64,000 bases of DNA from positions 1,861 through 65,860 of the forward strand of contig JAIUMY010000003.1 of the NCBI GenBank assembly GCA_022565335.1, read 5' to 3'. This DNA is from Opitutales bacterium (GTDB lineage: Bacteria > Verrucomicrobiota > Verrucomicrobiia > Opitutales > T3Sed10-336). The notes beneath the pieces are model-generated. The model worked only from the letters and a program-made list of their open reading frames with translations. It had not been told where the DNA came from and did no database searches. Made by a program: the position numbers and the translations under genes. This document shows, in pieces, positions 1 to 9,550 of this stretch (the first letter of the stretch is position 1; the number at the start of each line of letters is the position of its first letter).

Positions 1-1169
1 CCTATTGGCTGCCCAGCCATTTCGGGTTTTGTTTGGGCGTACAGAATGCCATTGAGCGGGCCTATGAGACTATTGTGGAAAACCCCCGGAAACGGATCTT
101 CATGCTCAGCGAACTGATTCATAATCCTTTCGTCAACCGCGATCTGGCCAAACGGGGTCTCCGTTATTTGCAGACTGACAAGGGTGTTCCCTGTTTGAAC
201 CCGGAAACCGGAAAACCTTGGTGGGATTTGCTAAATGATGACGATATCGTCATCATACCCGCCTTTGGCGCAACCAATGAGGATAAGGCGCGATTGATCG
301 CCAAAGGGATCAATTTCCAGGAGAATGACGCCACCTGCATGCTGGTGGAAAAGGTCTGGAAAGCGGCTAAAGCCTACGGGCGGAAAGGCTACACGGTGAT
401 CATCCATGGAAAAAGTGAGCACGAGGAAACCAAGGCCACCTTTTCCAACACCCTTCCCTACGCCCCTTGCCTGGTGATCAGAGACCGCCATCAGGCCGGA
501 ATTCTGGCAGAAATCATGACTTCCGACGATCCCTTCCGACAGCAAGAACTTTGGCAGAGGCATTTTCAGGATCTGGCGAGTCCCGGCTTTAACCCGGAAA
601 AGGATCTGGAGAAAATTGCCGTAGTAAACCAAACCACCCTTTTACGAAACGAAACGCTGAGCATCATCAACCTCTTGGAAAAGCATCTCTCCATTGCCTA
701 TGGCAATGAAGTGGCGGCTCAAAGGCTGCATTCGCAAAGCAAAGGCGACACCTTATGCTATGCGACTCAAGTCAACCAGGATGCCTTGGAAAAGGCGCTC
801 GAAGCCGACTTGGACTATGCCATGGTAGTGGGCGGCAAGAATAGTTCAAACACCGCCCAACTCTACCGTATGTGTCGGGAAAAGCTGGGCGACAAGGCGT
901 TTTATATTCAATCTGAGGCCAATATTCTAGGGGAAAACAAAGTCTTACATTATGAAGCGCCCTACCCCAAGAACCGGGAAGATGAGAGCGACATGAAAGT
1001 AAGAGAGTTTTTCCTGCATCCCATGACAGAGAAAAAGAAGATTCTCATCACCGGCGGGGCCTCCTGTCCGGACGGTCTCATTCAACAAATCATAAACCGA
1101 ATCAACGGTTTCTACCAAGCCGAAAACCTTAACTCAATCGAGAAGGTTTTGGAGGGGATCGAAGGCTGA
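1..1169 (+). CDS. ispH: 4-hydroxy-3-methylbut-2-enyl diphosphate reductase (IspH/LytB), 5' end outside window
   Basis: The reading frame stays open to the window edge (..YWLPSHFGFCLGVQNAIERA), so the TTG at 33 in the ORF track is internal. All three IspH cysteine motifs are visible: GFCLGV, NDATCMLV and DTLCYATQVNQ. Confidence 0.9.
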   Translation, partial: YWLPSHFGFCLGVQNAIERAYETIVENPRKRIFMLSELIHNPFVNRDLAKRGLRYLQTDKGVPCLNPETGKPWWDLLNDDDIVIIPAFGATNEDKARLIAKGINFQENDATCMLVEKVWKAAKAYGRKGYTVIIHGKSEHEETKATFSNTLPYAPCLVIRDRHQAGILAEIMTSDDPFRQQELWQRHFQDLASPGFNPEKDLEKIAVVNQTTLLRNETLSIINLLEKHLSIAYGNEVAAQRLHSQSKGDTLCYATQVNQDALEKALEADLDYAMVVGGKNSSNTAQLYRMCREKLGDKAFYIQSEANILGENKVLHYEAPYPKNREDESDMKVREFFLHPMTEKKKILITGGASCPDGLIQQIINRINGFYQAENLNSIEKVLEGIEG

Positions 1170-1186
1170 TCCAGCTGTCTAACTAA

Positions 1187-4100
1187 TTACTCGAGGGCAG
1201 CATAGAAGGCCAGAATGGCTTCTTTGAGTTCATTATACTCCGCTGCGGTAATTTCCCGGTAATTGCGAATGCGGTAACTTCGTGCCTGTAAGGCCCCGGG
1301 AGGATAGTTTCCGTTTTCAAAAAACTTACTGAACCCCCAGTCTCTAACCGGAGGATTATAAGCAAACCCACCCCACATACCGGCGGCGTGTTGACTTCGA
1401 AACAAGCCTACCATCGAGCCACGAATTCGAAGGGTGCGATCGTAGTCACCCCAGTGGGAGGTTGCGGAGATGTCTTGTTGGGGATGCCTGATGAAAGAAG
1501 TGCCAACCAAGCTAGCATTTTTCAAAGAAACCAAATGAGAAAGGCTGTGACGGTGGTGGTTGTTGAAACCGGGTCCATTAACGATGTGATCATTCCAAGC
1601 AGAATTTCGATCACCATTCCCGTAGGCGCCTTGTCCGGTCCAACCAGCCCCGTCGATCCAACCGCGAAAGGCGAAACCGGAGATATTCCCGTCCCAATTC
1701 ATAATACCCGTCCCAAAATCATATTGGTTAAAGCTTGTTGTATCTCCATAATAGACATGGATATTATAACGATTTCCTTGAAGTTGAAAGTCTTTCACGT
1801 CGTCTTTGTCAGAGGGAAATCCATCAGCCATGTAAAACCGGCCAAAATCAAAATCAAAGAGCTGGAATAAGGCGTGATCAGCGTCTGGATTATAGGTGAC
1901 CCAGGCACCAATGTCCGTTAGCTCTCCCTCTTCCAAATCGTCAGCATTAAAATGCTTTGGATCAAAATCATCACTTTGAACGAATTCTTTAACTTCCAAC
2001 AACCAATTATTCCATTGCGCGAAATGGCCGTCCGGGGTGTCCGTATAATCACTACCGAAACCTGTTGGCATCACTGGCATGTCCTGCAAAATCGTATGGA
2101 ATTCCTCAATTTGATTCCTCCGGGCAAGACTTTCACCACTATCATCAGAATCTAATTCTCCAAGGTCAACCGGTCCCGGAGGTGGCGCGTCGCCATCATG
2201 CCGCCATTGACCCCAGTTTTCGATTAACCGGGGAAAGTTTTCCAATCCACCGGAATAATTTCTCGGCGTAGTAGGCACGATACCCGAAATCAAACCGGCA
2301 CTCACCTCGGTAAAAGTCGCATCACGCTGGAAGGTGATACGGGAACGGTTCCGATTGCCTGGCAAATCCCTATAATAGCGCCAGGTATGAGGCAAATGGT
2401 CCTCCCAATTGTCCGAAAGAATAGTGATACTATCGGCAATAAGAGCGGAAGGCACTTCGGTTGGGGTATAGTCAGGACGACCAATCTTTTCCAAATCCTC
2501 CGGATCATCCATATCCCGGGCCGACCCAGTATAAGGATCCCCATCAGCGTTGAAATGCCCCTGAATGTACAAAGGGCTATTGGTGATCAGGGTAAACCCA
2601 TAACCAGTCACTTCCGTGCCATCAGGATTTACCTGGCGAAAGGCCCGGGGTACTTGACCCGCATTCTGTAAGCGAATCCCCGATTTGTGAAAATGAGAGC
2701 CGGGCTGAGGATCCCCATATTCAGCAAAATCAACGGGATCGGGCAGGCCTTCGTTTTCAATGTAAACAACCCCATTCCACCACGCAGGATCATTGCTTTC
2801 CATGTAATGCGCCAGCGCCCCGACATCCAATGTAGCCAATACGACTCCTCCCCATTCGTTGGCCACAGGATCGTAGTGAGGCAATTCCACATGCCCCGAG
2901 AGAAAAGAAAAGTTATCTGTCGTATTCTGGACCGCCGTTTGAAATTCGGAGTTTTCGGCCACCAGATTATTAATTTGGTCATTCCAATACGTAGCAATAC
3001 CCCCGAATTCCGCTGGTTCAGTGGGATCGGAAGCCAGCCGTTCCCCGAACTCGTTGACCACATAACCATCGGTATCAATCAGGCGCCCGTCGTTATGAAG
3101 AAAATTAATCCGCAACCCATTTTCCCGGGGATCATACAAATCGATACCTTCCCGGGTCGTAATCAAATCCGAAGGCAAAACCACCGGAGTACCAGCAGAC
3201 CAAGGGTCTTCTTCCTCGCGGTCAACAATTCTGGCCACAAAAGGCAGGTTCACCACGTCACCCTCACCGATGCGCTGGGAGGGGTCAAAAGAGTCAAAGG
3301 GATTCACCTTGATATACAGACTTGCGGAGCGGGAGAACTTTGCGAGTTCGAATTCCCGTCGCGAATCCTGCTCCGCCGGATCAGCATGGGTGATGGCGGT
3401 AACGTCCTGCGGGGGGCTAATTAGGTTCCATGGTGACCGAACCTCGGGATTAAAATACTCCCCCTCCGTAATATTCTCCGCAGTGGCCACTGGCAGCGAG
3501 GGCAGAACCCCATGATCTCCGGTAAGCAGGCCACCCCGCCAGGTATCCAACACGCCATTAAACCATGATGCCATATCACTTTGATAACCCGTCCCCGGTT
3601 CGTTACCAAAAGCGTCCTGAAACTTCACCAGTTGACCGGAACGCAAATTTTTGAAAAACAAATCACCTTCACTGGACGCTCGGGGCCCGTTGGGCATAGC
3701 CCCATGGTAGAAGCCTTGAGTGATAGTCACCCGGTCATGCCACCGTGAGGCGACGGGGTCATTGGCATGGATATATAGGTTGCCATTTACGTGAACCGGA
3801 CCAAAAAAATCCATATTGGCACCAGCCCCGGCTTCCATGTCCATATTGAAAAACGCCCCATAGGCAAACAGAGGGGCATCCCGGATTTCCAAAGTCTGTC
3901 GGCCGAACACACTCGTCTCCACATTCCCCCGTTTTGCGGTAGCCCTTCCCAACACATCAATCTCCCTCATCATTACTCTCATACCGGCAAGGTTGTCCAT
4001 GGCATTAGACGGATCGTTGGGATCGATGGTCACCCACTCGGCCCATTGAATTTGGTCTGTAGGCCTACCGCTGCCCGTATAATCTTCAACCGTTTGCGTT

Positions 4101-4504
4101 GCCTCTTTCAAGGTTTCCAGAAGGGTTTTTCCGGGAAGAATTACGGGGGTATTGGAGCCAATCACTTCGATCGAACCCGGATCGATCCCGAGCTTGGAAA
4201 AGAATTGGGTATTATCCTCAAGGACCGTGGGTTGAGTGAGATTTTCGCGGGAAGGTTCGAGCCAACGCATGGGCAGGGACTCGAAATTCTGCATTTGGGT
4301 AATGATCTGCGCATGGGCGTGCTCCAAGGTAGACTCGACACCATACTGCGCCTGCGCATGAGTAAGGGTCCGGTAATGAAGATTTTTCTCGGTGATGGCA
4401 AAGCGAATCAAACTGGCTCCGGCAATCGAAAGCACGAGGACGACAATCAGCACGAAGACAATCGAACTTCCCCGCTGGTTGGTAAAATCGGTAAAATGTT
4501 TCAT
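1187..4504 (-). CDS. Giant (1105 aa) GspK/PilX-like pseudopilin-type protein
   Basis: The N-terminus MKHF..QRGSSIVFVLIVVLVLSIAGASLIRF is a GspK/PilX-style hydrophobic pseudopilin anchor. The start lies 1 nt from the stop of the upstream prepilin gene. I recognise no motif in the remaining ~1050 aa. Confidence 0.6.
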   Translation of the reverse strand: MKHFTDFTNQRGSSIVFVLIVVLVLSIAGASLIRFAITEKNLHYRTLTHAQAQYGVESTLEHAHAQIITQMQNFESLPMRWLEPSRENLTQPTVLEDNTQFFSKLGIDPGSIEVIGSNTPVILPGKTLLETLKEATQTVEDYTGSGRPTDQIQWAEWVTIDPNDPSNAMDNLAGMRVMMREIDVLGRATAKRGNVETSVFGRQTLEIRDAPLFAYGAFFNMDMEAGAGANMDFFGPVHVNGNLYIHANDPVASRWHDRVTITQGFYHGAMPNGPRASSEGDLFFKNLRSGQLVKFQDAFGNEPGTGYQSDMASWFNGVLDTWRGGLLTGDHGVLPSLPVATAENITEGEYFNPEVRSPWNLISPPQDVTAITHADPAEQDSRREFELAKFSRSASLYIKVNPFDSFDPSQRIGEGDVVNLPFVARIVDREEEDPWSAGTPVVLPSDLITTREGIDLYDPRENGLRINFLHNDGRLIDTDGYVVNEFGERLASDPTEPAEFGGIATYWNDQINNLVAENSEFQTAVQNTTDNFSFLSGHVELPHYDPVANEWGGVVLATLDVGALAHYMESNDPAWWNGVVYIENEGLPDPVDFAEYGDPQPGSHFHKSGIRLQNAGQVPRAFRQVNPDGTEVTGYGFTLITNSPLYIQGHFNADGDPYTGSARDMDDPEDLEKIGRPDYTPTEVPSALIADSITILSDNWEDHLPHTWRYYRDLPGNRNRSRITFQRDATFTEVSAGLISGIVPTTPRNYSGGLENFPRLIENWGQWRHDGDAPPPGPVDLGELDSDDSGESLARRNQIEEFHTILQDMPVMPTGFGSDYTDTPDGHFAQWNNWLLEVKEFVQSDDFDPKHFNADDLEEGELTDIGAWVTYNPDADHALFQLFDFDFGRFYMADGFPSDKDDVKDFQLQGNRYNIHVYYGDTTSFNQYDFGTGIMNWDGNISGFAFRGWIDGAGWTGQGAYGNGDRNSAWNDHIVNGPGFNNHHRHSLSHLVSLKNASLVGTSFIRHPQQDISATSHWGDYDRTLRIRGSMVGLFRSQHAAGMWGGFAYNPPVRDWGFSKFFENGNYPPGALQARSYRIRNYREITAAEYNELKEAILAFYAALE

Positions 4505-4505
4505 A

Positions 4506-5336
4506 TCATCCTCTGGGGGTTACGGTAAAATTGTAGGTATTTGAGGCTCTTTGCTGACGATTGCCGCGGTGAATGATCTCTCCTCGAACAATAACACTTT
4601 GGTCCTGGAAATTATAAAAAAGAACGCCTTCAGCCAACCCGCGGGACAATTCCAAAGTCAGACGGTGCTCTTCCGAACCAACCGTTGAAGGATCGGGGAG
4701 ATAAGTCGTTAAGAGCCCCTCTTCGCCATCATGGTCGGCAGTTGCGGGAATGTCTCTGATTGGCGGTGCTTTGTCACGGGGCAAAATGGAGGCGTCTTCC
4801 ATACGATCAACCAGATTATCGCGATGATAGGGATTGTCCGGATCGCTGATATCACTTAAATCAACCATAAAGCGGCGGACTTCCGCACCGTCGTCGCTAG
4901 GGGTCCCATTACGATAATAGCCGACCAAATGAGTCACCCGCTGAAATTTTTCCCCGGGTCCATCAGGGTCGAGGGAGCCATCGGGAAGGATTTGCGGCAG
5001 GCGATCAGGAACTTGGCGAACAAGTACCAAAAAGTCCCCCGAACCACCGCGGGGAACGTTTTCCTGTTCCGAAGAATATTCCCGATCGACAAAGGAAGGA
5101 TAGATTAAAAAGGAGGAAGAAGCCCGCCCGTTCGAGCGCAATTCATTGGTGAATTGGCGAATATCCTTACCCACGAGAAGTTTCCCGGTCGTCATATACG
5201 ACGTTCCCAGATTGAAAATGAAGAAGCTGATCAATCCTGAGGAGAGGATGCTAAAAACACCTAAAGTCATTAAGACTTCAGCAAGCGTAAAGGCTTTCTT
5301 GCAAGAACGGTTTCCGATAAAGAATAAAGATTTCAT
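4506..5336 (-). CDS. Prepilin-type N-terminal cleavage/methylation domain protein (minor pseudopilin-like)
   Basis: The N-terminus ..SCKKAFTLAEVLMTLGVFSILSSGLISF carries the class III signal motif (A|FTLxE) followed by a hydrophobic helix. The gene sits 7 nt after the preceding prepilin gene. Confidence 0.75.
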   Translation of the reverse strand: MKSLFFIGNRSCKKAFTLAEVLMTLGVFSILSSGLISFFIFNLGTSYMTTGKLLVGKDIRQFTNELRSNGRASSSFLIYPSFVDREYSSEQENVPRGGSGDFLVLVRQVPDRLPQILPDGSLDPDGPGEKFQRVTHLVGYYRNGTPSDDGAEVRRFMVDLSDISDPDNPYHRDNLVDRMEDASILPRDKAPPIRDIPATADHDGEEGLLTTYLPDPSTVGSEEHRLTLELSRGLAEGVLFYNFQDQSVIVRGEIIHRGNRQQRASNTYNFTVTPRG

Positions 5337-5343
5337 AACGATT

Positions 5344-6012
5344 TCAGAAACTATTGTAACGGGTTCTTATAGCACTAACGGTAAAGGAGTTGCGATGCAT
5401 GGAACGAGTTGTAGAGGGGACTTCATAGGTAACGTGAAGGTGGATAATCGCCCCGTGATTTTCGTGATGTAAAAGAGGTTCAACTTCCGGGGTAATAAGC
5501 ATCTTCATCTGCCGGCCCCCGGAAACTACCCCATTGGTACCATCACTCCCCAAATCAGCGACAATCGTATAGCGGCGAAGATTTCGGGCCGTGTCCTGGC
5601 CGATTTTTTCCGAAGCTTCGGCAAAATCCACGTCGTTTAGATAATTGTAATCCTCAAAGGCAAAGTCGGCAAAGGGATCACCATCCGGCCATAAAGTTGA
5701 ATCGATGTACAATGACAGGGCATCTTCAGTGGTACCATCGATCCCGGAGACCGTTTTGATGGGATTTTTGGAAGTCCAAACCAGCGAACCATTATCGTCG
5801 ACCTGTTCCATGAGGTCGAACCAAGCCATCGATTTTATCTGTTCCAAATACCCTTGGGAAATGGTTTGGGCCATCGCTTGGTAAACATTCGCCTCGGCCA
5901 GACGCCGCACTTGAAGGGTTAGGGAGATGAGGCCTATGCCTGAAAAGGCAAAGATGAAAGTTGCCACCATAACCTCTACTAAAGTGAAGCCGGTTGTTTT
6001 TCTGGATAACAT
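5344..6012 (-). CDS. Prepilin-type N-terminal cleavage/methylation domain protein (pseudopilin)
   Basis: The N-terminus MLSRKTTGFTLVEVMVATFIFAFSGIGLISL has the canonical G|FTLVE prepilin peptidase site. It is the first gene of a three-gene minus-strand operon and is preceded by an AT-rich 300-bp region. Confidence 0.8.
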   Translation of the reverse strand: MLSRKTTGFTLVEVMVATFIFAFSGIGLISLTLQVRRLAEANVYQAMAQTISQGYLEQIKSMAWFDLMEQVDDNGSLVWTSKNPIKTVSGIDGTTEDALSLYIDSTLWPDGDPFADFAFEDYNYLNDVDFAEASEKIGQDTARNLRRYTIVADLGSDGTNGVVSGGRQMKMLITPEVEPLLHHENHGAIIHLHVTYEVPSTTRSMHRNSFTVSAIRTRYNSF

Positions 6013-6313
6013 AGGAGGGCTGAAATTTAGAACAAGTTATCATGAAAATATCCCGAATCCAAGAAAGAATTACTTGATTGGGTGAAATTGTGACTTTTTC
6101 TTTCTCTATGTGCGAAAGGTATTTCTTTTTCTAATAAAGTTGCCAAACTTTTGAGCAGATCACGCCATGATTCAGCTGATGACGACTCCCGGATAAGTTA
6201 CTTTTCAGCAATAGCCTTTTACTCTATTTACATTTCAGGCAAAAGCCGCAAACGACTCAAGGCTCACGCGAACCATTCACAACGTCTATGGAACAGCTTT
6301 TCTTGGGGCCTTT

Positions 6314-6862
6314 TCAGTCAATCCGGCAGATATAAATATTTTTTCCAACCTTGCGATGCTGTTCGGAAAGGGTCTCCAGCGAGGACAAAAGATCCGGTGA
6401 TTCAGCCACCAGATACCCTCCACCCTCTTCTTTCAAAAAGCCCAGAACTTGCGTCACGATCTCTTGCTCCTTGGTTTGCCAAAGCTGGTAAGGGGGGTCA
6501 ACGATCACCAAATCAAAGCTTCCGGCAAGATAGGGCATGGGGCGAAAAGCATCTTTTGCCAAAACCCGGGTGGGAATAGCCTCACCGTTCATGGCTTTTT
6601 GCACCGCCTCCAGATTTTTCTTCAAAAGCCGGGCTACTGGCGCGGCTTTTTCCACCCACGTTACCGAACCGGCCCCACGGCTGAGTGCCTCCAATCCGTA
6701 GGCCCCGGTCCCGGCAAACAGATCCAAAACCGACCTCCCTTGAAGCCAGGACCCCAGCGAAGAAAAAAGCGCTTCCCGATCCCGATCGGTTGCGGGGCGA
6801 GTCTGGTCTCCCTTCGGGACCCTCAAAGGAATGCCTCTGGCGGCACCTCCGGTAATCCTCAT
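6314..6862 (-). CDS. rsmD: 16S rRNA (guanine966-N2)-methyltransferase RsmD
   Basis: Motifs seen: MRITGGAARG..L.VP....RPT.DR.REALF, the SAM-binding motif LDLFAGTGAYGLEALSRGA, and the DPPY catalytic motif (VIVDPPYQ). I prefer the start at 6862 because it forms an ATGA overlap with the CYTH gene stop. The ORF-track start at 6883 adds 7 aa. Confidence 0.85.
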   Translation of the reverse strand: MRITGGAARGIPLRVPKGDQTRPATDRDREALFSSLGSWLQGRSVLDLFAGTGAYGLEALSRGAGSVTWVEKAAPVARLLKKNLEAVQKAMNGEAIPTRVLAKDAFRPMPYLAGSFDLVIVDPPYQLWQTKEQEIVTQVLGFLKEEGGGYLVAESPDLLSSLETLSEQHRKVGKNIYICRID

Positions 6863-7350
6863 TGCAACAAAGCCTTTCGCCAATCTTCGCTCGTTGCCAC
6901 GATCCGGCGCAAGGCGGCATTGGTGTAGCGGCTATCGCCGGAAACCTCCCGTCCCAGCCAAGTGGGCAAGGAAACCTCTTCGGCGTTCGATGCCAATTCC
7001 ACCTCGGCGACCCAGAGGCCTTCCAGCGTCCCGCGGTAAGAATCGATTTCCCAGAGGCTGCCCTCCAGGGAAACACGGTAACGGGTTTTCTCGATCAACC
7101 CGGGAAGAACAAGGGTCAACAATTCCCGGGCATCGTCGGCCAAAATTTCCTTTTCCCACTCAAAACGGGTAAGGCCATCGGCCTGAGTTATTCCTTTGAT
7201 CGTCAGAGAGCCTTGCTCCCCCGCCAACCGGACCCGCACGGTTCTTTCGGGATCATCACTCAAATAGCCCTGCTGTAAAAGCTGCCCTTCCCCCAACTCC
7301 ACCGGAGGCGGACCGGAGAGAAGAAATTTTCGTTCGATTTCCACTGGCAT
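6859..7350 (-). CDS. CYTH-domain protein (triphosphate tunnel metalloenzyme family)
   Basis: The N-terminal EIERKFLL signature (MPVEIERKFLL) is present. Size (163 aa) and the alternating charged beta-strand pattern are typical of the CYTH/ThTPase family. Confidence 0.75.
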   Translation of the reverse strand: MPVEIERKFLLSGPPPVELGEGQLLQQGYLSDDPERTVRVRLAGEQGSLTIKGITQADGLTRFEWEKEILADDARELLTLVLPGLIEKTRYRVSLEGSLWEIDSYRGTLEGLWVAEVELASNAEEVSLPTWLGREVSGDSRYTNAALRRIVATSEDWRKALLQ

Positions 7351-7399
7351 ATGGATATGCTAGGACTCTCCCACGCTCTCGTCAAAATGAACTTTTCCC

Positions 7400-8143
7400 A
7401 TGTCCCTGGTTGCCCGTAAAATCCATAAATCCTTCGTCTCCAGCGAAGGAGAGTCGATTGCCGTGCTGCGCGGGGTCTCGCTGGAATGCGTGCGGGGAAA
7501 AACCACTGGCCTGATCGGTCCCAACGGGGCGGGCAAGACCACCCTTCTGCGCATCCTCGCCACTCTGCTGCAACCGGACCAGGGGGAAGCCTTCATCGAA
7601 GGCCTGTCGCTTCGGGAAAACCCGGCCCTCGTTCGCCGAAAAATTTCGTTTCTCACCAATTCCGCAGAACTCTACCGTCGCCTAACCGTTCGGGAAACCC
7701 TTGAATATTTCAGCCGTCTGCACGGGCTCGCACCAAAGGTCTTTCAACAACAGCTCAAACGATTGACCGAGGAACTCGATCTGACGGATTTCCTGGACCG
7801 TCGGGGCGACCGCTTATCCACGGGAATGAAACAGCGCGCCGCCCTGGCCCGGGCAATTTTGCACGACCCGCCGGTTTTAATTTTTGATGAGCCCACCAAT
7901 GGACTTGATATCCTCGCCACCCAACGAATCCTTGCCTTTCTTAGAGAACGGCAACGGGAAGGGAAAACCATTCTTTTTTCCTCTCACCATCTCACCGAGG
8001 TGGAAGAACTGAGCCAACAGGTAATCTTTCTTGGAAAAGGCGAAATTCTCGCTCAGGGCTCCCTGAGTGAGATCCTTGAAACCACCGGACAAGCCACGTT
8101 CTCCGAGGCGGTCAACCACCTTTATCCAACCCGCACGCCATGA
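7400..8143 (+). CDS. ABC transporter ATP-binding protein (ABC-2/NatA-like)
   Basis: Walker A is GPNGAGKTT, the signature is LSTGMKQRAALARA, Walker B is LIFDEPTNGLD, and the H-loop is SSHH. An ATGA overlap links it to the downstream permease. Confidence 0.9.
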   Translation: MSLVARKIHKSFVSSEGESIAVLRGVSLECVRGKTTGLIGPNGAGKTTLLRILATLLQPDQGEAFIEGLSLRENPALVRRKISFLTNSAELYRRLTVRETLEYFSRLHGLAPKVFQQQLKRLTEELDLTDFLDRRGDRLSTGMKQRAALARAILHDPPVLIFDEPTNGLDILATQRILAFLRERQREGKTILFSSHHLTEVEELSQQVIFLGKGEILAQGSLSEILETTGQATFSEAVNHLYPTRTP

Positions 8144-9351
8144 AACCAGGAAGTTTCACCCATCAGACATGGACCGTTTTCCGCAAGGAAGCGAAGGAGA
8201 TCCTGCGTGACAAGAGAACCCTTTTTGCGATGATCGGAATTCCTCTCCTACTCATTCCGGGACTCTTTCTATTAATCGCCTTTCTGGCCTTTTTCTTTTT
8301 GCAAGAGGCCGAGCGGGAAACGGTGTTTTATGCCCTTGATGAGATTCGCGTGGAAACTTTTCCCGCCCTTGAGGTATTGGATCAATGGGATACTTGGCAA
8401 CCCCGTTCCCTAACCAACCCGCGCGAGCAAATTGAATCCCGGGAACTGCAAATCGTCATTCAAGAGAAAACCATAGAAAGCCCTGGGGACGACCGGATCC
8501 CCCGGTTCCAGATTCTTTACCATGAGGGAGAGATCCGCTCCCAAATGGCTGCGGAACGCCTGCACCAAGCACTCAACCGATGGCTGGAAAAACACCAGGC
8601 CGAGGAGTGGGAGCGGGCCGGATTAGATCCTGAACGGCGAACCCCTTTTCATGTCGAACGGCACAATCTGGCGTCTCCGCAAAAAGTGACCGGCGGACTT
8701 CTGGGGGGATTACTCCCCTATCTGGTGGTCATGCTGAGCCTTACCGGGGCGGCTTATGCGGCGCTGGACTTAACCGCCGGGGAAAAAGAGCGGGGAACCC
8801 TGGAAACCATCTTGAGTAGCCCTGTGGCCCGGGAAGCTTTAGTTCTGGGCAAATGGCTACTGACTTTCATAGCCTCCCTGTTTACCAGCCTCCTAACTCT
8901 TTGTTCGTTGGGGATTCTGCTTTTCAGCGTACCCCCTTTGCTATTTCCCCAAGCTGAAGGCAGCGACCATTTTCTTCCGGGCTTCGACGCCGGGGCACTT
9001 CTGGGCACTTTGGTTTTACTGTTGCCGCTGGCCGCCTTCTTTTCCGCCTTGCTTCTCTTGATCGGCATCTGGGCGCGCAGTTACCGCGAGGCCCAGTCGT
9101 ATCTTTCACCCGTTTTCCTGCTCGCTTTGTTGCCTGCCATTGTCTCCACCTTACCAGGGATTACCCCCAACGCTTTTCTTCTTTCCCTTCCCATTGTCAA
9201 CGTCTGTCTCCTTGCCCGCGAAATGTTTCTCGGTACCTATTTATGGATGCCCATTCTCGGAGTAATGGGGATGAATTTTCTCCTCGCCGCCTTGGCCTTA
9301 CTTTTAACGGGATATTTCTTCCGCAAGGAATCGGTTCTTTTTCGCTATTAG
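8140..9351 (+). CDS. ABC-2 family permease (NatB-like)
   Basis: The 403-aa protein has one N-terminal TM helix, a ~140-aa soluble loop and a C-terminal cluster of 5-6 TM helices. It is translationally coupled to the ATPase at 7400. Confidence 0.75.
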   Translation: MKPGSFTHQTWTVFRKEAKEILRDKRTLFAMIGIPLLLIPGLFLLIAFLAFFFLQEAERETVFYALDEIRVETFPALEVLDQWDTWQPRSLTNPREQIESRELQIVIQEKTIESPGDDRIPRFQILYHEGEIRSQMAAERLHQALNRWLEKHQAEEWERAGLDPERRTPFHVERHNLASPQKVTGGLLGGLLPYLVVMLSLTGAAYAALDLTAGEKERGTLETILSSPVAREALVLGKWLLTFIASLFTSLLTLCSLGILLFSVPPLLFPQAEGSDHFLPGFDAGALLGTLVLLLPLAAFFSALLLLIGIWARSYREAQSYLSPVFLLALLPAIVSTLPGITPNAFLLSLPIVNVCLLAREMFLGTYLWMPILGVMGMNFLLAALALLLTGYFFRKESVLFRY

Positions 9352-9550
9352 GTTTTGTTTTGGATGGCCATCAAAGAGGGCCTTCCTCTTCGGAAACCTT
9401 CGGTGCTCTCTCCCGGACGGGTCAGGTCCGAAGATCCTCGAGGGGCACCGAACCGCACCTAAAACCTGCGGCTACCATCTTTGCGTCCCCTGGTAGCGCG
9501 AGGCTTTAGCGGAAATTGCAGGCACCACCGTCTAAAGGACTAAAATCCCC

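Noticed and set aside
6131-6146. A sigma-54-like element (minus strand TTGGCAACTTTATTAG) upstream of the pseudopilin operon.
   Set aside because: The -24 GG is present, but the -12 element reads TTAG rather than TTGC. A single degenerate match in AT-rich DNA is not sufficient.
9399-9497. Dense hairpins between the convergent genes at 9351 and 9551, including an SRP-RNA-like GTCAGGTCCG string and a GCTACCA/TGGTAGC stem.
   Set aside because: The region lacks the SRP GGAA tetraloop and AGCAGC symmetric-loop motifs. The location between two convergent stops is adequately explained by bidirectional termination structures. The second stem is only 7 bp with a 13-nt loop.
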